Below are positions 1 through 7,975 of a DNA stretch of 20,632 nt, in pieces. A program made the position numbers and the translations under genes. Position 1 is the stretch's first letter. Each line of letters begins with the position of its first letter. The notes under the pieces were generated by a model. The model had not been told where the DNA came from. It did not search any database and worked only from the letters and a program-made list of their open reading frames with translations. The stretch covers positions 1-20,632 of the forward strand of contig JAWOCD010000063.1 of NCBI GenBank assembly GCA_046483985.1, in the 5' to 3' direction. The stretch comes from Promethearchaeia archaeon. GTDB taxonomy: Archaea > Asgardarchaeota > Lokiarchaeia > Sigyniarchaeales > SOKP01.

Positions 1-140
1 ATGAGCCCGCCTATACTTAAAATAATAGCTCCAATCACCAAGCTTATCCACGCAGAAGGGAAAATTGAACAACTCAGAGAACGCACGGGAAACCACCACC
101 ATAAAACAATATTTCCAAGACAAATAAACTCAAAAACCAT
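1..140 (-). CDS. Partial CDS: N-terminus of a hydrophobic (membrane) protein that runs off the window start
   Basis: Minus-strand ATG at 140-138 follows an in-frame TAA. Translation MVFEFICLGNIVLWWWFPVRSLSCSIFPSAWISLVIGAIILSIGGL... stays open to position 1. It is absent from the ORF track because fewer than 60 codons lie inside the window. It competes with plus-strand ORF 1..228, whose product looks like an antisense shadow. Confidence 0.3.
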   Translation of the reverse strand, partial: MVFEFICLGNIVLWWWFPVRSLSCSIFPSAWISLVIGAIILSIGGL

Positions 141-584
141 AGCAACGGCCCGAAATTTACTACAAATATCCCATGCGCTTTTATCCCAAAATCGTTCGAG
201 ATATTTTGGTATAAGACTGAGTAAATAGAAGAAAGAAAAGGAAAACAGAGAGAGAAAGAAGAAAAGAATATTTATTAATGCCCACATACCTCTAATAAGA
301 AGAAAAGGTTTTTATCTTTTATCGTTTATTCTTTATTCTCTTTTTTTTATGACAGAAATTTTTTAGGAATAATATCCTCATATCCCGAGCGTGGATTAAC
401 CGCATATTATGGCTGGACCCCTTCGACTAATTCATGGAAGCATGCTTGCTCTCCAATCCGAATGTCTCCATAATTTATGGAAAAATGAGCCAAGATGAAA
501 TTAATGGGAATTAGAATTTTGTTACCAATATATTTATATTCTGGGAAAATATTATATTTCTGTAATTATTGATTAAAATATAAA

Positions 585-596
585 ATTGTTAACAAT
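585..596. promoter_or_regulatory. 12-nt perfect palindrome ATTGTTAACAAT overlapping the antitoxin start codon; candidate operator
   Basis: Read directly from the sequence: 585-596 is self-complementary and the ATG at 595 lies inside it. AbrB/SpoVT-type antitoxins typically autoregulate at palindromes near their own start. Confidence 0.25.
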
Positions 597-852
597 GAAG
601 ACCGAAGTAAGGAAAGTAGACTCTCAAGGAAGGATTGTATTACCCCATAAATGGAGGGAAAAAGAACTTAAAGAAACTGATGAAGTAATACTTTTTGAAG
701 AAGAGGGCATGCTTAAGATAATACCCAAAAAGAAGATTGATCTAACTAAATTTTTTGACTCTTTAGAATTTGATGAAGATTTAATTGATAAACTTGACAA
801 TTGGGCCGATTTTGAAGCCGCGCTTGGGAATAAAAAATACGAAAATTTTTAG
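595..852 (+). CDS. vapB: AbrB/SpoVT (MazE-like) swapped-hairpin antitoxin, VapB-type
   Basis: MKTEVRKVDSQGRIVLPHKWREKELKETDEVILFEEEGMLKIIPKK matches the AbrB/SpoVT motif (D.qGRi.iP...R..l....gd.v). ATG at 595 is preferred over the track's TTG at 586. It lies directly upstream of a PIN gene. Confidence 0.75.
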   Translation: MKTEVRKVDSQGRIVLPHKWREKELKETDEVILFEEEGMLKIIPKKKIDLTKFFDSLEFDEDLIDKLDNWADFEAALGNKKYENF

Positions 853-862
853 GAGACTAACT

Positions 863-1306
863 ATGATTTATTTAGATGCAAACTTATTTATTTACGCCTA
901 TTTTAAACCGAAAAAAGGGAAGGAATTATCAAAAAAGATACAATGGTGCAAACAAGAAGCGAAAAAAATCGTGGAGAAAATAAATGATGAGGAAAATAAT
1001 TACTGCATTTCTCTAATCCAATTATCCGAGGTTGTGAATTTACTTAAAAACGTCATGTCTTGGGAAAATCTTAGAACCTTTATTATGGGATTATACTCAA
1101 ATAAATCAATAGAAATTGCAGACATTTCGAGAATGTTGTATCTGAATGCGAGTGACAAAATGGGAGAATATTATATGGATTCTAATGATATTTCGGCATA
1201 TCTGATAATGAAAAAAAAGAAAATAGAGAAAATTTATACTTTTGATCGTCACTTTGAGAAGCTTCCGGAGATTAAATGCTTGCCGAAAATACCCGATAAA
1301 TTTTAG
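863..1306 (+). CDS. vapC: PIN-domain ribonuclease toxin (VapC-type)
   Basis: ATG at 863 is preceded by AGGAG at 851-855. The N-terminus MIYLDANLFIYAYF carries the conserved first acidic residue and TFDRHF near the C-terminus carries the last. It starts 11 nt after the antitoxin stop. The track's start at 785 overlaps the antitoxin and is unlikely. Confidence 0.8.
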   Translation: MIYLDANLFIYAYFKPKKGKELSKKIQWCKQEAKKIVEKINDEENNYCISLIQLSEVVNLLKNVMSWENLRTFIMGLYSNKSIEIADISRMLYLNASDKMGEYYMDSNDISAYLIMKKKKIEKIYTFDRHFEKLPEIKCLPKIPDKF

Positions 1307-1325
1307 GGAAGATTATTTCCTTCCC
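1306..1325 (+). terminator. Stem-loop immediately after the vapC stop (GGGAAG-8 nt-CTTCCC), followed by a T-rich tract
   Basis: 6-bp perfect stem 1306-1311 / 1320-1325, then gctattttcc. Archaeal termination mainly uses T-tracts, so its function is uncertain. Confidence 0.25.
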
Positions 1326-1502
1326 GCTATTTTCCAAACTATTATTATATAAATCTCCTTTATAATAATCTGAAAGAATGAGTATCAAGTTTAGTCGTAT
1401 TTAACTCTTAACCTTTCTCTCTTAACCCCTCAAAATCCACTCTCCATTTGTAGATTTTACATGATTTTTTTTAACTAATTCTTTTGTGAAACATTGGATA
1501 AA

Positions 1503-2568
1503 TCAGAGATCTATTCTGTCTTCAAAATTTTGTAAAGGATCTTTTTCATTATAATTCAATATTTTCTGGGCTAAGAAATTTCGATGGCAGTAATGTTTTT
1601 GTGAATTATTTGGTTTAGCAAATTGCTCCATACACATAAAGCAACACTTGCCGCCTTCCTTTAGTAATTTGATAAACTTTTCTAATTCAAATTCAATTTT
1701 TTCCAGATGCCATTCATACCATCCCCTAAATGAATCATCTGAGATATATCCTGCTGTGTAAGGAGCTCTTATTTGAAATATTACACCTAACTCTGGTTTA
1801 TGGATATAATCAATTTTTAACTTTTGGAACTCTCTTTCTAATATTTGAGAGTTAAATTCTGGTTTATGACTGCTCTTTCCGGAATCTCTGATATCAATTA
1901 GCAAGTCTATTTTATTTTCTTGCAGGATTTTAATTAATGTATCCAAATTTTTACCTTGATATCCTATAGTGTAAATAGTTTTATTCTGAAATTTCTTAAG
2001 TGCCTCCCTGGAATCGTTGATGTTTAGATTATTATTTAAAAGATACTTTAAAAAAATATCTTGGTCCTTTTTTTCAAGTTGTGATAGTAATACCGCATGT
2101 GAGGTTGAGATTGTATCAGTTTTTAAAGCCTCTTGCACTTTTTGACTTACATCAAGAATTAATGCTAAACGATTGCTTACCCATGCTTGACTTTTTCCCC
2201 AGCTTCTCGGCAATTTCACTTTGGGTATAACCGAAATCATCTATAATTTTTTTGATCGCTTTTGCCTCCTCGATATCTGTAAGATTTTTTTGGAGAAAAT
2301 TGGTCTTGATTGAAAATATTGCTCCTAAATCCTCTTCAATATCTAAAACTTTTGATTCAATTTCGCTCCATCCTAATTTTCTTACAGCCCTTAAGCGGTG
2401 TCCACCGGAAATAACTTCATAATCTCCATTACTTAATCTTTTAACAAGAATGGGATTCCATAATCCATCCTTCTTTATACTTTTTGCCAATTCCTCAATA
2501 TATTCTTTATCTATTTCCTCACGAGGATCATACTTTGAGAATTTAAGTTTATTAACTTTTATCTTCAT
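1503..2568 (-). pseudogene. ParB-like N-terminal (ParB/Srx) domain + HTH + DUF488 fusion, split into two ORFs by a +1 frameshift in a homopolymer
   Basis: ORF 2152..2568 has the ParB N-domain (ISGGHRLRAVRKLGW) and the start of an HTH (GYTQSEIAEKLGK). ORF 1503..2240 continues that HTH in another frame (SQAWVSNRLALILDVSQKVQEAL). It then carries a full DUF488 domain (TIYTIGYQGK..LLIDIR..KPEF..IDYIHKPELG..CFMCMEQ..CHRNFLA). Removing one A from the coding-strand A5 run (plus-strand T5 at 2192-2196) gives a continuous AEKLGKSQAWVSNRL. Confidence 0.8.
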
Positions 2569-2624
2569 TTTAATTCTTCTCTATTAAATAATAGTAAAAA
2601 TATACATTTTAAATATCTCTTTTT

Positions 2625-3110
2625 TTATACATTCTTTTTGACCTTCTTCCAGCTCGCTAGTATATCTTTTGGGATTTCCACGACTGGAACAAACATATCG
2701 AATCCCTTAGAGATGCCGTAAGACTTCATTGGGAAAATTCTGAGCATAATTGGAACACCATATTTCTTAATCTCGGTCAAAAATTCGATGGTCCGATCGA
2801 TATCATAGACGACTTGGGTTTGCAAAAATTCTGCGCCCGCTTCAGCTTTTCGCTTGATTTTGAGCACTTCAGCCATCATCGGATCCGCATTTGGATTGGC
2901 CGCTCCCCCGATATCCAGCGTCGGCGGACATTCAATTTCTTTTCCATTAATCGTGCCTTTATCTACCATCTCTCTTACTTGTTAGATGAGGGTTGCCGAA
3001 TCCAAATCGAATACAGGTTTCGCTTCGGGCATATCTCCCATTGCTGGATGGTCTCCTGTGTGTGTGGGGCACTATTAATTTTCCTTCATCGAAAGCACCA
3101 GTAAGCCATT
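2625..3110 (-). pseudogene. metF: Methylenetetrahydrofolate reductase (MetF/MTHFR family) remnant: N-terminally truncated, with in-frame stops
   Basis: One minus frame reads ..KEN**CPTHTGDHPAMGDMPEAKPVFDLDSATLI*QVREMVDKGTINGKEIECPPTLDIGGAANPNADP...AGAEFLQTQVVYD...PIMLRIFPM. These are MTHFR-like motifs (TGDhP, AKpVFDLDS, GaANP, AGA.F.qTQ). In-frame stops are TAA at 2982-2984, TAG at 3072-3074 and TAA at 3075-3077. There is no room for the N-terminal ~100 aa before the next gene. The upper boundary is approximate. Confidence 0.6.
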
Positions 3111-3200
3111 CTAAAATCTTATAACCTTTCTTTTTTTTAATTTCAGCAAAAGACAAATAAAAATTCATTAAACTTGAATGTGTTAAAAAATAAATATAAA

Positions 3201-3219
3201 TATGTAGATTATCTACATA
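3201..3219. promoter_or_regulatory. Perfect 9+1+9 palindrome TATGTAGAT-T-ATCTACATA upstream of vapB; candidate TA operator within an A/T-rich promoter
   Basis: Read directly from the sequence. It lies 17 nt upstream of the ATG at 3236. It is flanked by the direct repeat AAATATGTAG (3198-3207) / AAATATGTGG (3219-3228) and a TATA-like TAAATATAAATA. Confidence 0.4.
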
Positions 3220-3235
3220 AATATGTGGACTGTAT

Positions 3236-3499
3236 ATGGCATCTAAAAATATTTCTATTCGGCTGAATTTGTACAAAAAATTAAAAAAACTCAAAGAGAA
3301 CGATGAAAGCTTTTCAGATGTTATTGAAAAGTTGTTGGATGAAGGTTTAACGGGTACATCTTCCCGATTAATGAAACATTTTGGTGCGTGGGCAGATCTT
3401 CCCGAGGATTTTGATCAGATTGTAGAAAATTTCCGAGAATCGGCAAACAAGAATATGGAATCAAGAATAAAGGAGAGATTGGATGATTTTTCTGGATAG
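3236..3499 (+). CDS. vapB: Archaeal VapB-type antitoxin (ribbon-helix-helix-like; former DUF217/UPF0330 type)
   Basis: MASKNISIRLNLYKKLKKLKENDESFSDVIEKLL resembles archaeal putative VapB antitoxins (I.i..e.Y..L..lK...eSFSdvI..Ll). It overlaps the downstream PIN gene by 17 nt. Confidence 0.7.
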   Translation: MASKNISIRLNLYKKLKKLKENDESFSDVIEKLLDEGLTGTSSRLMKHFGAWADLPEDFDQIVENFRESANKNMESRIKERLDDFSG

Positions 3500-3914
3500 C
3501 GATGCGATAATTGCATTTTTACGGGGAAATCCAGGGATAGCATGTTTTTTTGCGGAGCATAAAGATTCAATTTTTGCCATTCCCGTCCCAGTTCTCTACG
3601 AAATTTATTATGGGTTCTATTTTCCTCCATTATCAAAAAAATTTCAAAATGGCGGAGATTTTTTAGAAAAATTGAAAAAAGAAGAACAAAAATTGGTCCG
3701 ATTGCTCAATGATATTGAGATATTTGATCTCACCCCAAAGGCTGTTAGAAAATCCGCAGAGATAAGCGCTTTATTAGATGCGGAAGGCACTCCTATTGGA
3801 AAAATTGATGTGTTAATTGCAGGTATTATTCTGGTGAATGGATATAATGAAATCTTAACAAGGAATGTTACTCATTATGAAAATATTCCTGGGTTAGAAG
3901 TACATTCATATTAA
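3483..3914 (+). CDS. vapC: PIN-domain ribonuclease toxin (VapC-type)
   Basis: MIFLDSDAIIAFLRGNP (first acidic residue), ..DVLIAGIILVNGYNEILTRNVTHY.. (typical PIN C-terminal half). The 4-codon-plus overlap with the antitoxin suggests translational coupling. Confidence 0.8.
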   Translation: MIFLDSDAIIAFLRGNPGIACFFAEHKDSIFAIPVPVLYEIYYGFYFPPLSKKFQNGGDFLEKLKKEEQKLVRLLNDIEIFDLTPKAVRKSAEISALLDAEGTPIGKIDVLIAGIILVNGYNEILTRNVTHYENIPGLEVHSY

Positions 3915-4046
3915 AAAAAAAGAGTTTCAAGAGTATCTTTTATGAAATTATTGAATCTCCGCCCGATCAAGACATAATTCGGCTAGTAAATTCCTTATTT
4001 AAAGGGTTCTCTTGTATAAATAAAATAAAAAGGGTACCTATTCAAA

Positions 4047-7000
4047 TTATTCAGACCTTTCATACTTAGGCAATAGTAAAACAACTCGGGACCCCTTAGT
4101 ATAGTCCCCTTCGATTCTATTTTCAATCCAAATTTCACCATTGGAAATCTTTATGAGTTTCTTCACAATTGAGAGCCCAATACCCAATCCCCTACTAGTA
4201 TTATCTTTAATGGGAGGTCTCTCTTCCAAAATGATTTCCTTCTGTTGATCCCTTATTCCGATGCCATTATCTTCAATAGAGATCTTGTAAAATTCGTTAT
4301 CCTTTTGTTTATAGTTTCCTACTTTGATATTAATTCTTTTAACTTCACTCTCGTTATGTACTATTGCATTATTAAGTAAATTTTGTATCGCCTCATCCAG
4401 AAACTTTGACGCGTAAACGATGAGTGAATCTTCGGGGTAATCAAATTTTATTTCAATATTTTCTTCTGCAAAATCTTTTTCGACAATGGATATTTGTTTT
4501 TTTATCATATCTATTAAATCCAGGGGAGTAGTTTGGGCAACTCTTTTATCAATTCGGGTAAGTTTTTGAATACTTTCTACTAATTTTGCACCTCTCTTGA
4601 TTTGCTCCTCCATCAATTCTACTGTTTCTCTATCTTTCCCCTCAATATTTGCTTTAAGCTGATTGCAACTTAAATTGAGAATAGTTAAGAGATTATTAAA
4701 ATCGTGAGTAACCAAATCTTGATAAAATTCTGTTCGTTTATATGCTTCTCTGTATTTTTTCTCCGATTTTTTCAATTTCTCTCTGGTTATTTTTTTTTCC
4801 GTGATATCAAAAAATGTAAGTATGACTCCTTTTATCCGCCCTTCTTCGCTTTTATAGGGCATTATACGCATTCTATACCATTTGTCGGACTCAGTTTCAA
4901 CATCCTTTTCAATGGAGTTTAAATCCTTTTGTACTTTTAAGATATCATCAATTAAGTTATCGTACTTAAGCTTTGAAGAGATATCGCGTATATTTCTTCC
5001 TAAATCATTATCAATTACTCTAAATATCTCTTTAACAGGAGGGGTAAATCTTTTTATTTCCAAATCGGGCCCTAAAAATATTGTCGAAATCTGACTACTT
5101 CTGATAAGATTGTTAAGATCGTTGTTTAACCTTGTTAATTCTCTGATCTTATTTTCGAGTTCATTATTAACGCTCATCAATTCTTCGTTTACAGATTGCA
5201 GTTCTTCTCTGGAGGATTGTAATTCTTCGCTAGTGCTTTTTAGTTCTTCATTTGACGATTGATATTCTTCATTTGCAGATTGTAATCTTTTATTGGCATT
5301 CTCTAACTCTTCCACTGTCGCTTTTAAATGACTTCGAGTTGCCTCTAATTCGTTTTCAAGTTGTTTTATTCGCCTTTGAGCCATTTTATCAGTTATGTTT
5401 TCGAATTTGTTCTCTGTTAAATCGATGGAATTTATAAAACTCTCCTCGAATACAATCAATAAAAGCTTTTCGTTTTCATAACGCTTTCTTATTGGGCGAA
5501 CGATTAGATTTGTTCTAATCTTATCGCCATTAGATTTTATATCAATATTTTTAAATTTTATTTCTTCTCCCAAATTTCGTGCTTTTTTAATCGCAGTAGT
5601 TAATATAATATCTAATCCTTTCCGTGCCATCTTAAGAATATTAAATTTTGCTTTCCCTACTGGAGGTTCAAGATATTTGCCCGTTCGACCATGGATATAT
5701 ATTATTTCATTATCAGCATTTATTATTATACTTGAGGGAGAATATTCCTTTAGAATGAGATTATTCATTAATTTTTGATAATTTAATTCTTCTTTTTCCT
5801 CTTTTTCTTTTTCAAGGGTTTTATCCTCGGTTGGTATTGTAATTTCGTGATCAATTAATGGAGGAAAAGCTCTTAAATGCGGAACTCTGTGAATGGTTTT
5901 TTCTTCTTTCTTATATATCTTAGAATTTTTAGCTACTTCAGAAAACGATTTGGAGAAGTCTCGTACCGATTCTGAATTTCCGAGAAATAAATAACCCTCC
6001 TTTTTCAATGAATAGTGAAATATGTCGAATAATTTTTTTTGGATATCGATTTTCAGAAAGATTAAAAGATTTCTACAACTGATTAAATCCAAATCAGAAA
6101 AAGGAGGATCTGTAATAACATTATGAACAGAAAAGATAATCATGTTTCTAATCTCCTTTTTTACTTTATAAGTACTATCTTCCTGATTGAAGTACTCTTC
6201 AAGGTATTTGTCCTTGATATCAACCCCAACATTTTCGGGATAAACTCCTGATCGGGCTCTGCTTATGGCAACTTCATTCGGGTCGCTGGCAAAAATCATT
6301 ACTTTATTATTTTTTTGCTTCTTATCCAAATATTCTTTAAGTAGGATGGCAATTGAATAGGCTTCTTCGCCCGTAGAGCAACCGACTATCCAAATTCGAA
6401 TTTTATCGTTTTTATCTTTATTACTAACTATTTTCGGAATGACAAGATCTTTTAACTTTTCAAAAGTGCTCTTATCCCTAAAGAATTCTGTAACCCCGAT
6501 TAAAATTTCAGAGAAAAGGTCCCTTATTTCAGTAGGGTGGTGTTTTAAATATTGAGCATATTCTTTAATTTGTGCTATATTGTTAACTGCCATTCTCTTT
6601 GAAATTCTTCTGCTTAAGGTAGAATTTTTATATACTAAAATTTCTTGTCCCTTGTTCCTCTTTAAAACTTGTAAAATAGGATTGAGATCACGATCAAGCT
6701 GTTGAGATAGGTGGGTATAATTCATCTTAGGGAAGGGTTTGGCATAATTTTTTACATAACGAGTTAATTGTTTTGGTATCTCATCAATAGAAAGAACATA
6801 ATCAATATTAACGTGAGAAGCGGCGCTTTTTAACATACCAGGATATTCTGCCTCTTTAGGATCTTGAATGACCGCAATTCCTCCCCGACCTTTAATTTCT
6901 CTTAATCCCAATGTTCCATCTGTACCCGTACCAGACATTAAAACACCAATCGATTTATTTTCTAATTCCTTTCCCAAGGAACGAAAGAAAAAATCTATGG

Positions 7001-7313
7001 GTAGTCTTTGCCCTCTCGGTTTTTCCGGGTCTTTGAGATAGAATTTTCCTTCTTTGAGGGATGCGTTCTTTCCTGGAGGGACTATATAAGCAATATCTTT
7101 AGCAATTTTTTCTTTCTCTTCCATGAATTTTATCTCTAAATTCGTATTTTTCGCGAGGATACTAATTAATTCTGTTTTATAAGTTGGATCCATGTGTTTT
7201 ACTATAATAAATGACATATCTGGCTTATCAGAGACATTTTCAAAAAATGTTTCTAATGCTTTTAAACTGCCAGCGGAACATCCAATTCCGACAATTGGGA
7301 ACGTATATTTCAT
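4047..7313 (-). CDS. Multidomain sensor: CheB-type methylesterase + CheR-type methyltransferase + coiled coil + PAS + histidine kinase (HisKA-like + HATPase_c)
   Basis: N-terminus IVGIGCSAGSLKALETFF...VLMSGTGTDGTLG is CheB-like. TEFFRD...IWIVGCSTGEEAYSIAILL is the CheR SAM-binding region. The EEL.S.NEEL heptad run (ANEEYQSSNEELKSTSEELQSSREELQSVNEEL) is typical of this fusion family. A PAS block follows (..WYRMRIMPYKSEEGRIKGVILTFFDITEKK). The H-box is DLVTHDFNNLL. The ATPase N/G boxes are NLLNNAIVH and EDNGIGI...GLGIGLSIVKKL. Confidence 0.85.
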   Translation of the reverse strand: MKYTFPIVGIGCSAGSLKALETFFENVSDKPDMSFIIVKHMDPTYKTELISILAKNTNLEIKFMEEKEKIAKDIAYIVPPGKNASLKEGKFYLKDPEKPRGQRLPIDFFFRSLGKELENKSIGVLMSGTGTDGTLGLREIKGRGGIAVIQDPKEAEYPGMLKSAASHVNIDYVLSIDEIPKQLTRYVKNYAKPFPKMNYTHLSQQLDRDLNPILQVLKRNKGQEILVYKNSTLSRRISKRMAVNNIAQIKEYAQYLKHHPTEIRDLFSEILIGVTEFFRDKSTFEKLKDLVIPKIVSNKDKNDKIRIWIVGCSTGEEAYSIAILLKEYLDKKQKNNKVMIFASDPNEVAISRARSGVYPENVGVDIKDKYLEEYFNQEDSTYKVKKEIRNMIIFSVHNVITDPPFSDLDLISCRNLLIFLKIDIQKKLFDIFHYSLKKEGYLFLGNSESVRDFSKSFSEVAKNSKIYKKEEKTIHRVPHLRAFPPLIDHEITIPTEDKTLEKEKEEKEELNYQKLMNNLILKEYSPSSIIINADNEIIYIHGRTGKYLEPPVGKAKFNILKMARKGLDIILTTAIKKARNLGEEIKFKNIDIKSNGDKIRTNLIVRPIRKRYENEKLLLIVFEESFINSIDLTENKFENITDKMAQRRIKQLENELEATRSHLKATVEELENANKRLQSANEEYQSSNEELKSTSEELQSSREELQSVNEELMSVNNELENKIRELTRLNNDLNNLIRSSQISTIFLGPDLEIKRFTPPVKEIFRVIDNDLGRNIRDISSKLKYDNLIDDILKVQKDLNSIEKDVETESDKWYRMRIMPYKSEEGRIKGVILTFFDITEKKITREKLKKSEKKYREAYKRTEFYQDLVTHDFNNLLTILNLSCNQLKANIEGKDRETVELMEEQIKRGAKLVESIQKLTRIDKRVAQTTPLDLIDMIKKQISIVEKDFAEENIEIKFDYPEDSLIVYASKFLDEAIQNLLNNAIVHNESEVKRINIKVGNYKQKDNEFYKISIEDNGIGIRDQQKEIILEERPPIKDNTSRGLGIGLSIVKKLIKISNGEIWIENRIEGDYTKGSRVVLLLPKYERSE

Positions 7314-7562
7314 TTTACTAAATTAGATTGTAATTTCAGTTTGAATAAATCATTATACTAATATCTTTCTTGAGTTATAAAATTATGTAACATATACATT
7401 TAAGGTAGAGCATTTAAAGAAACGTAATCTCTAAGATATTTGTTAATTTAGCGTAGTCCTTTTCCTTTCCAAACATAAAGCGGTATAAATTCCTTTTTGA
7501 ACTATTTTTTTGGAATACTCAAAGTGACTTTTGTTGCTTGTCAACGAATCAAGGATCTCCCT

Positions 7563-7958
7563 TTATTTGAATGTCTTAAGATTTAGAGCCCAATTAGCTA
7601 ATCTTTCAAATATGTCCTCGAGGTCTTTTCCTTGATCGGTTAAGGAATACTCAACCCTTGGAGGAATTTCGTTGAATTGTTTTCTCTTGATTAATCCGTG
7701 TTTTTCTAATTCTCTTAATCGAGCGGTTATAGTTTTGGGGCTACCTTTTAATTCGTCTAAAATTTCATTAAATCGCATAACATTATTAATCAACAATAGG
7801 CGAATAATAGGCATTAGATATTTCTTCCCCAGCATAGTTAAAACTCTTTGGACCTTGCATTCATCAACACAATCATTATTATTCTCGTGTTCAAGACAAT
7901 GCCAAGTTAATTTTTTATTTTTTTCTTCTTCGTGAGATCTATTAGATGATTCTTTCAT
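7563..7958 (-). CDS. HxlR-family winged-helix transcriptional regulator with a Cys/His-rich N-terminal extension
   Basis: CKVQRVLTMLGKKYLMPIIRLL...RFNEILDELKGSPKTITARLRELEKHGLIKRKQFNEIPPRVEYSLTDQGKDL is the HxlR signature (C....l..igGKw...Il..L....RFneL...i..It...Lt..Lr.LE..Gli.R......P.rVEY.LT..G). The N-terminal WHCLEHENNNDCVDEC is unusual. It is divergent from the ABC operon. Confidence 0.8.
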   Translation of the reverse strand: MKESSNRSHEEEKNKKLTWHCLEHENNNDCVDECKVQRVLTMLGKKYLMPIIRLLLINNVMRFNEILDELKGSPKTITARLRELEKHGLIKRKQFNEIPPRVEYSLTDQGKDLEDIFERLANWALNLKTFK

Positions 7959-7975
7959 AAAAAAATTCCCTTTAA

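Noticed and set aside
1-228. Plus-strand ORF of 75 aa from the ORF track
   Set aside because: The product (..ILKIIAPITKLIHAEGKIEQLRERTGNHHHK..) has no recognisable motif. It looks like the antisense shadow of a hydrophobic minus-strand frame (1..140) that begins with ATG after an in-frame stop. Neither reading is strongly supported.
227-268. 42-nt polypurine tract (AGAAGAAAGAAAAGGAAAACAGAGAGAGAAAGAAGAAAAGAA, with a single C)
   Set aside because: Low-complexity A/G runs are common in AT-rich intergenic DNA. There is no repeat unit, no partner pyrimidine mirror and no link to a feature. It is noted only as a possible triplex-prone spacer.
375-480. GC-richer patch with short broken minus-strand frames (..GDIRIGEQACFHELVEGVQP* then YAVNPRSGYEDIIPKKF) faintly like the C-terminus of a hexapeptide-repeat acetyltransferase
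   Set aside because: The similarity is only a few residues long and needs a frame change. It cannot be supported without a database search. I also checked it for tRNA-like arms and found none.
2814-3294. Track ORFs 2814..3104 (+) and 2959..3294 (-)
   Set aside because: Both overlap the MTHFR remnant in other frames or the other strand, and their products are low-complexity or unrecognisable. They are explained as chance ORFs over a decayed gene.
3415-3636. Minus-strand 73-aa ORF
   Set aside because: It is antisense to the well-supported vapB/vapC junction and has no motifs.
5150-5340. Periodic DNA repeat (ttcttc.tt...) that might suggest a tandem repeat or CRISPR-like array
   Set aside because: It is the coding sequence of the EEL.S.NEEL heptad coiled coil conserved in CheB/CheR-PAS kinases. 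The periodicity is at protein level, and there are no spacers or direct repeats of CRISPR size.
4704-5437. Three plus-strand ORFs (4704..4922, 4882..5094, 5252..5437)
   Set aside because: They are antisense shadows inside the 1088-aa sensor kinase gene, with phenylalanine/serine-rich nonsense typical of the reverse frame of K/E-rich coding DNA.
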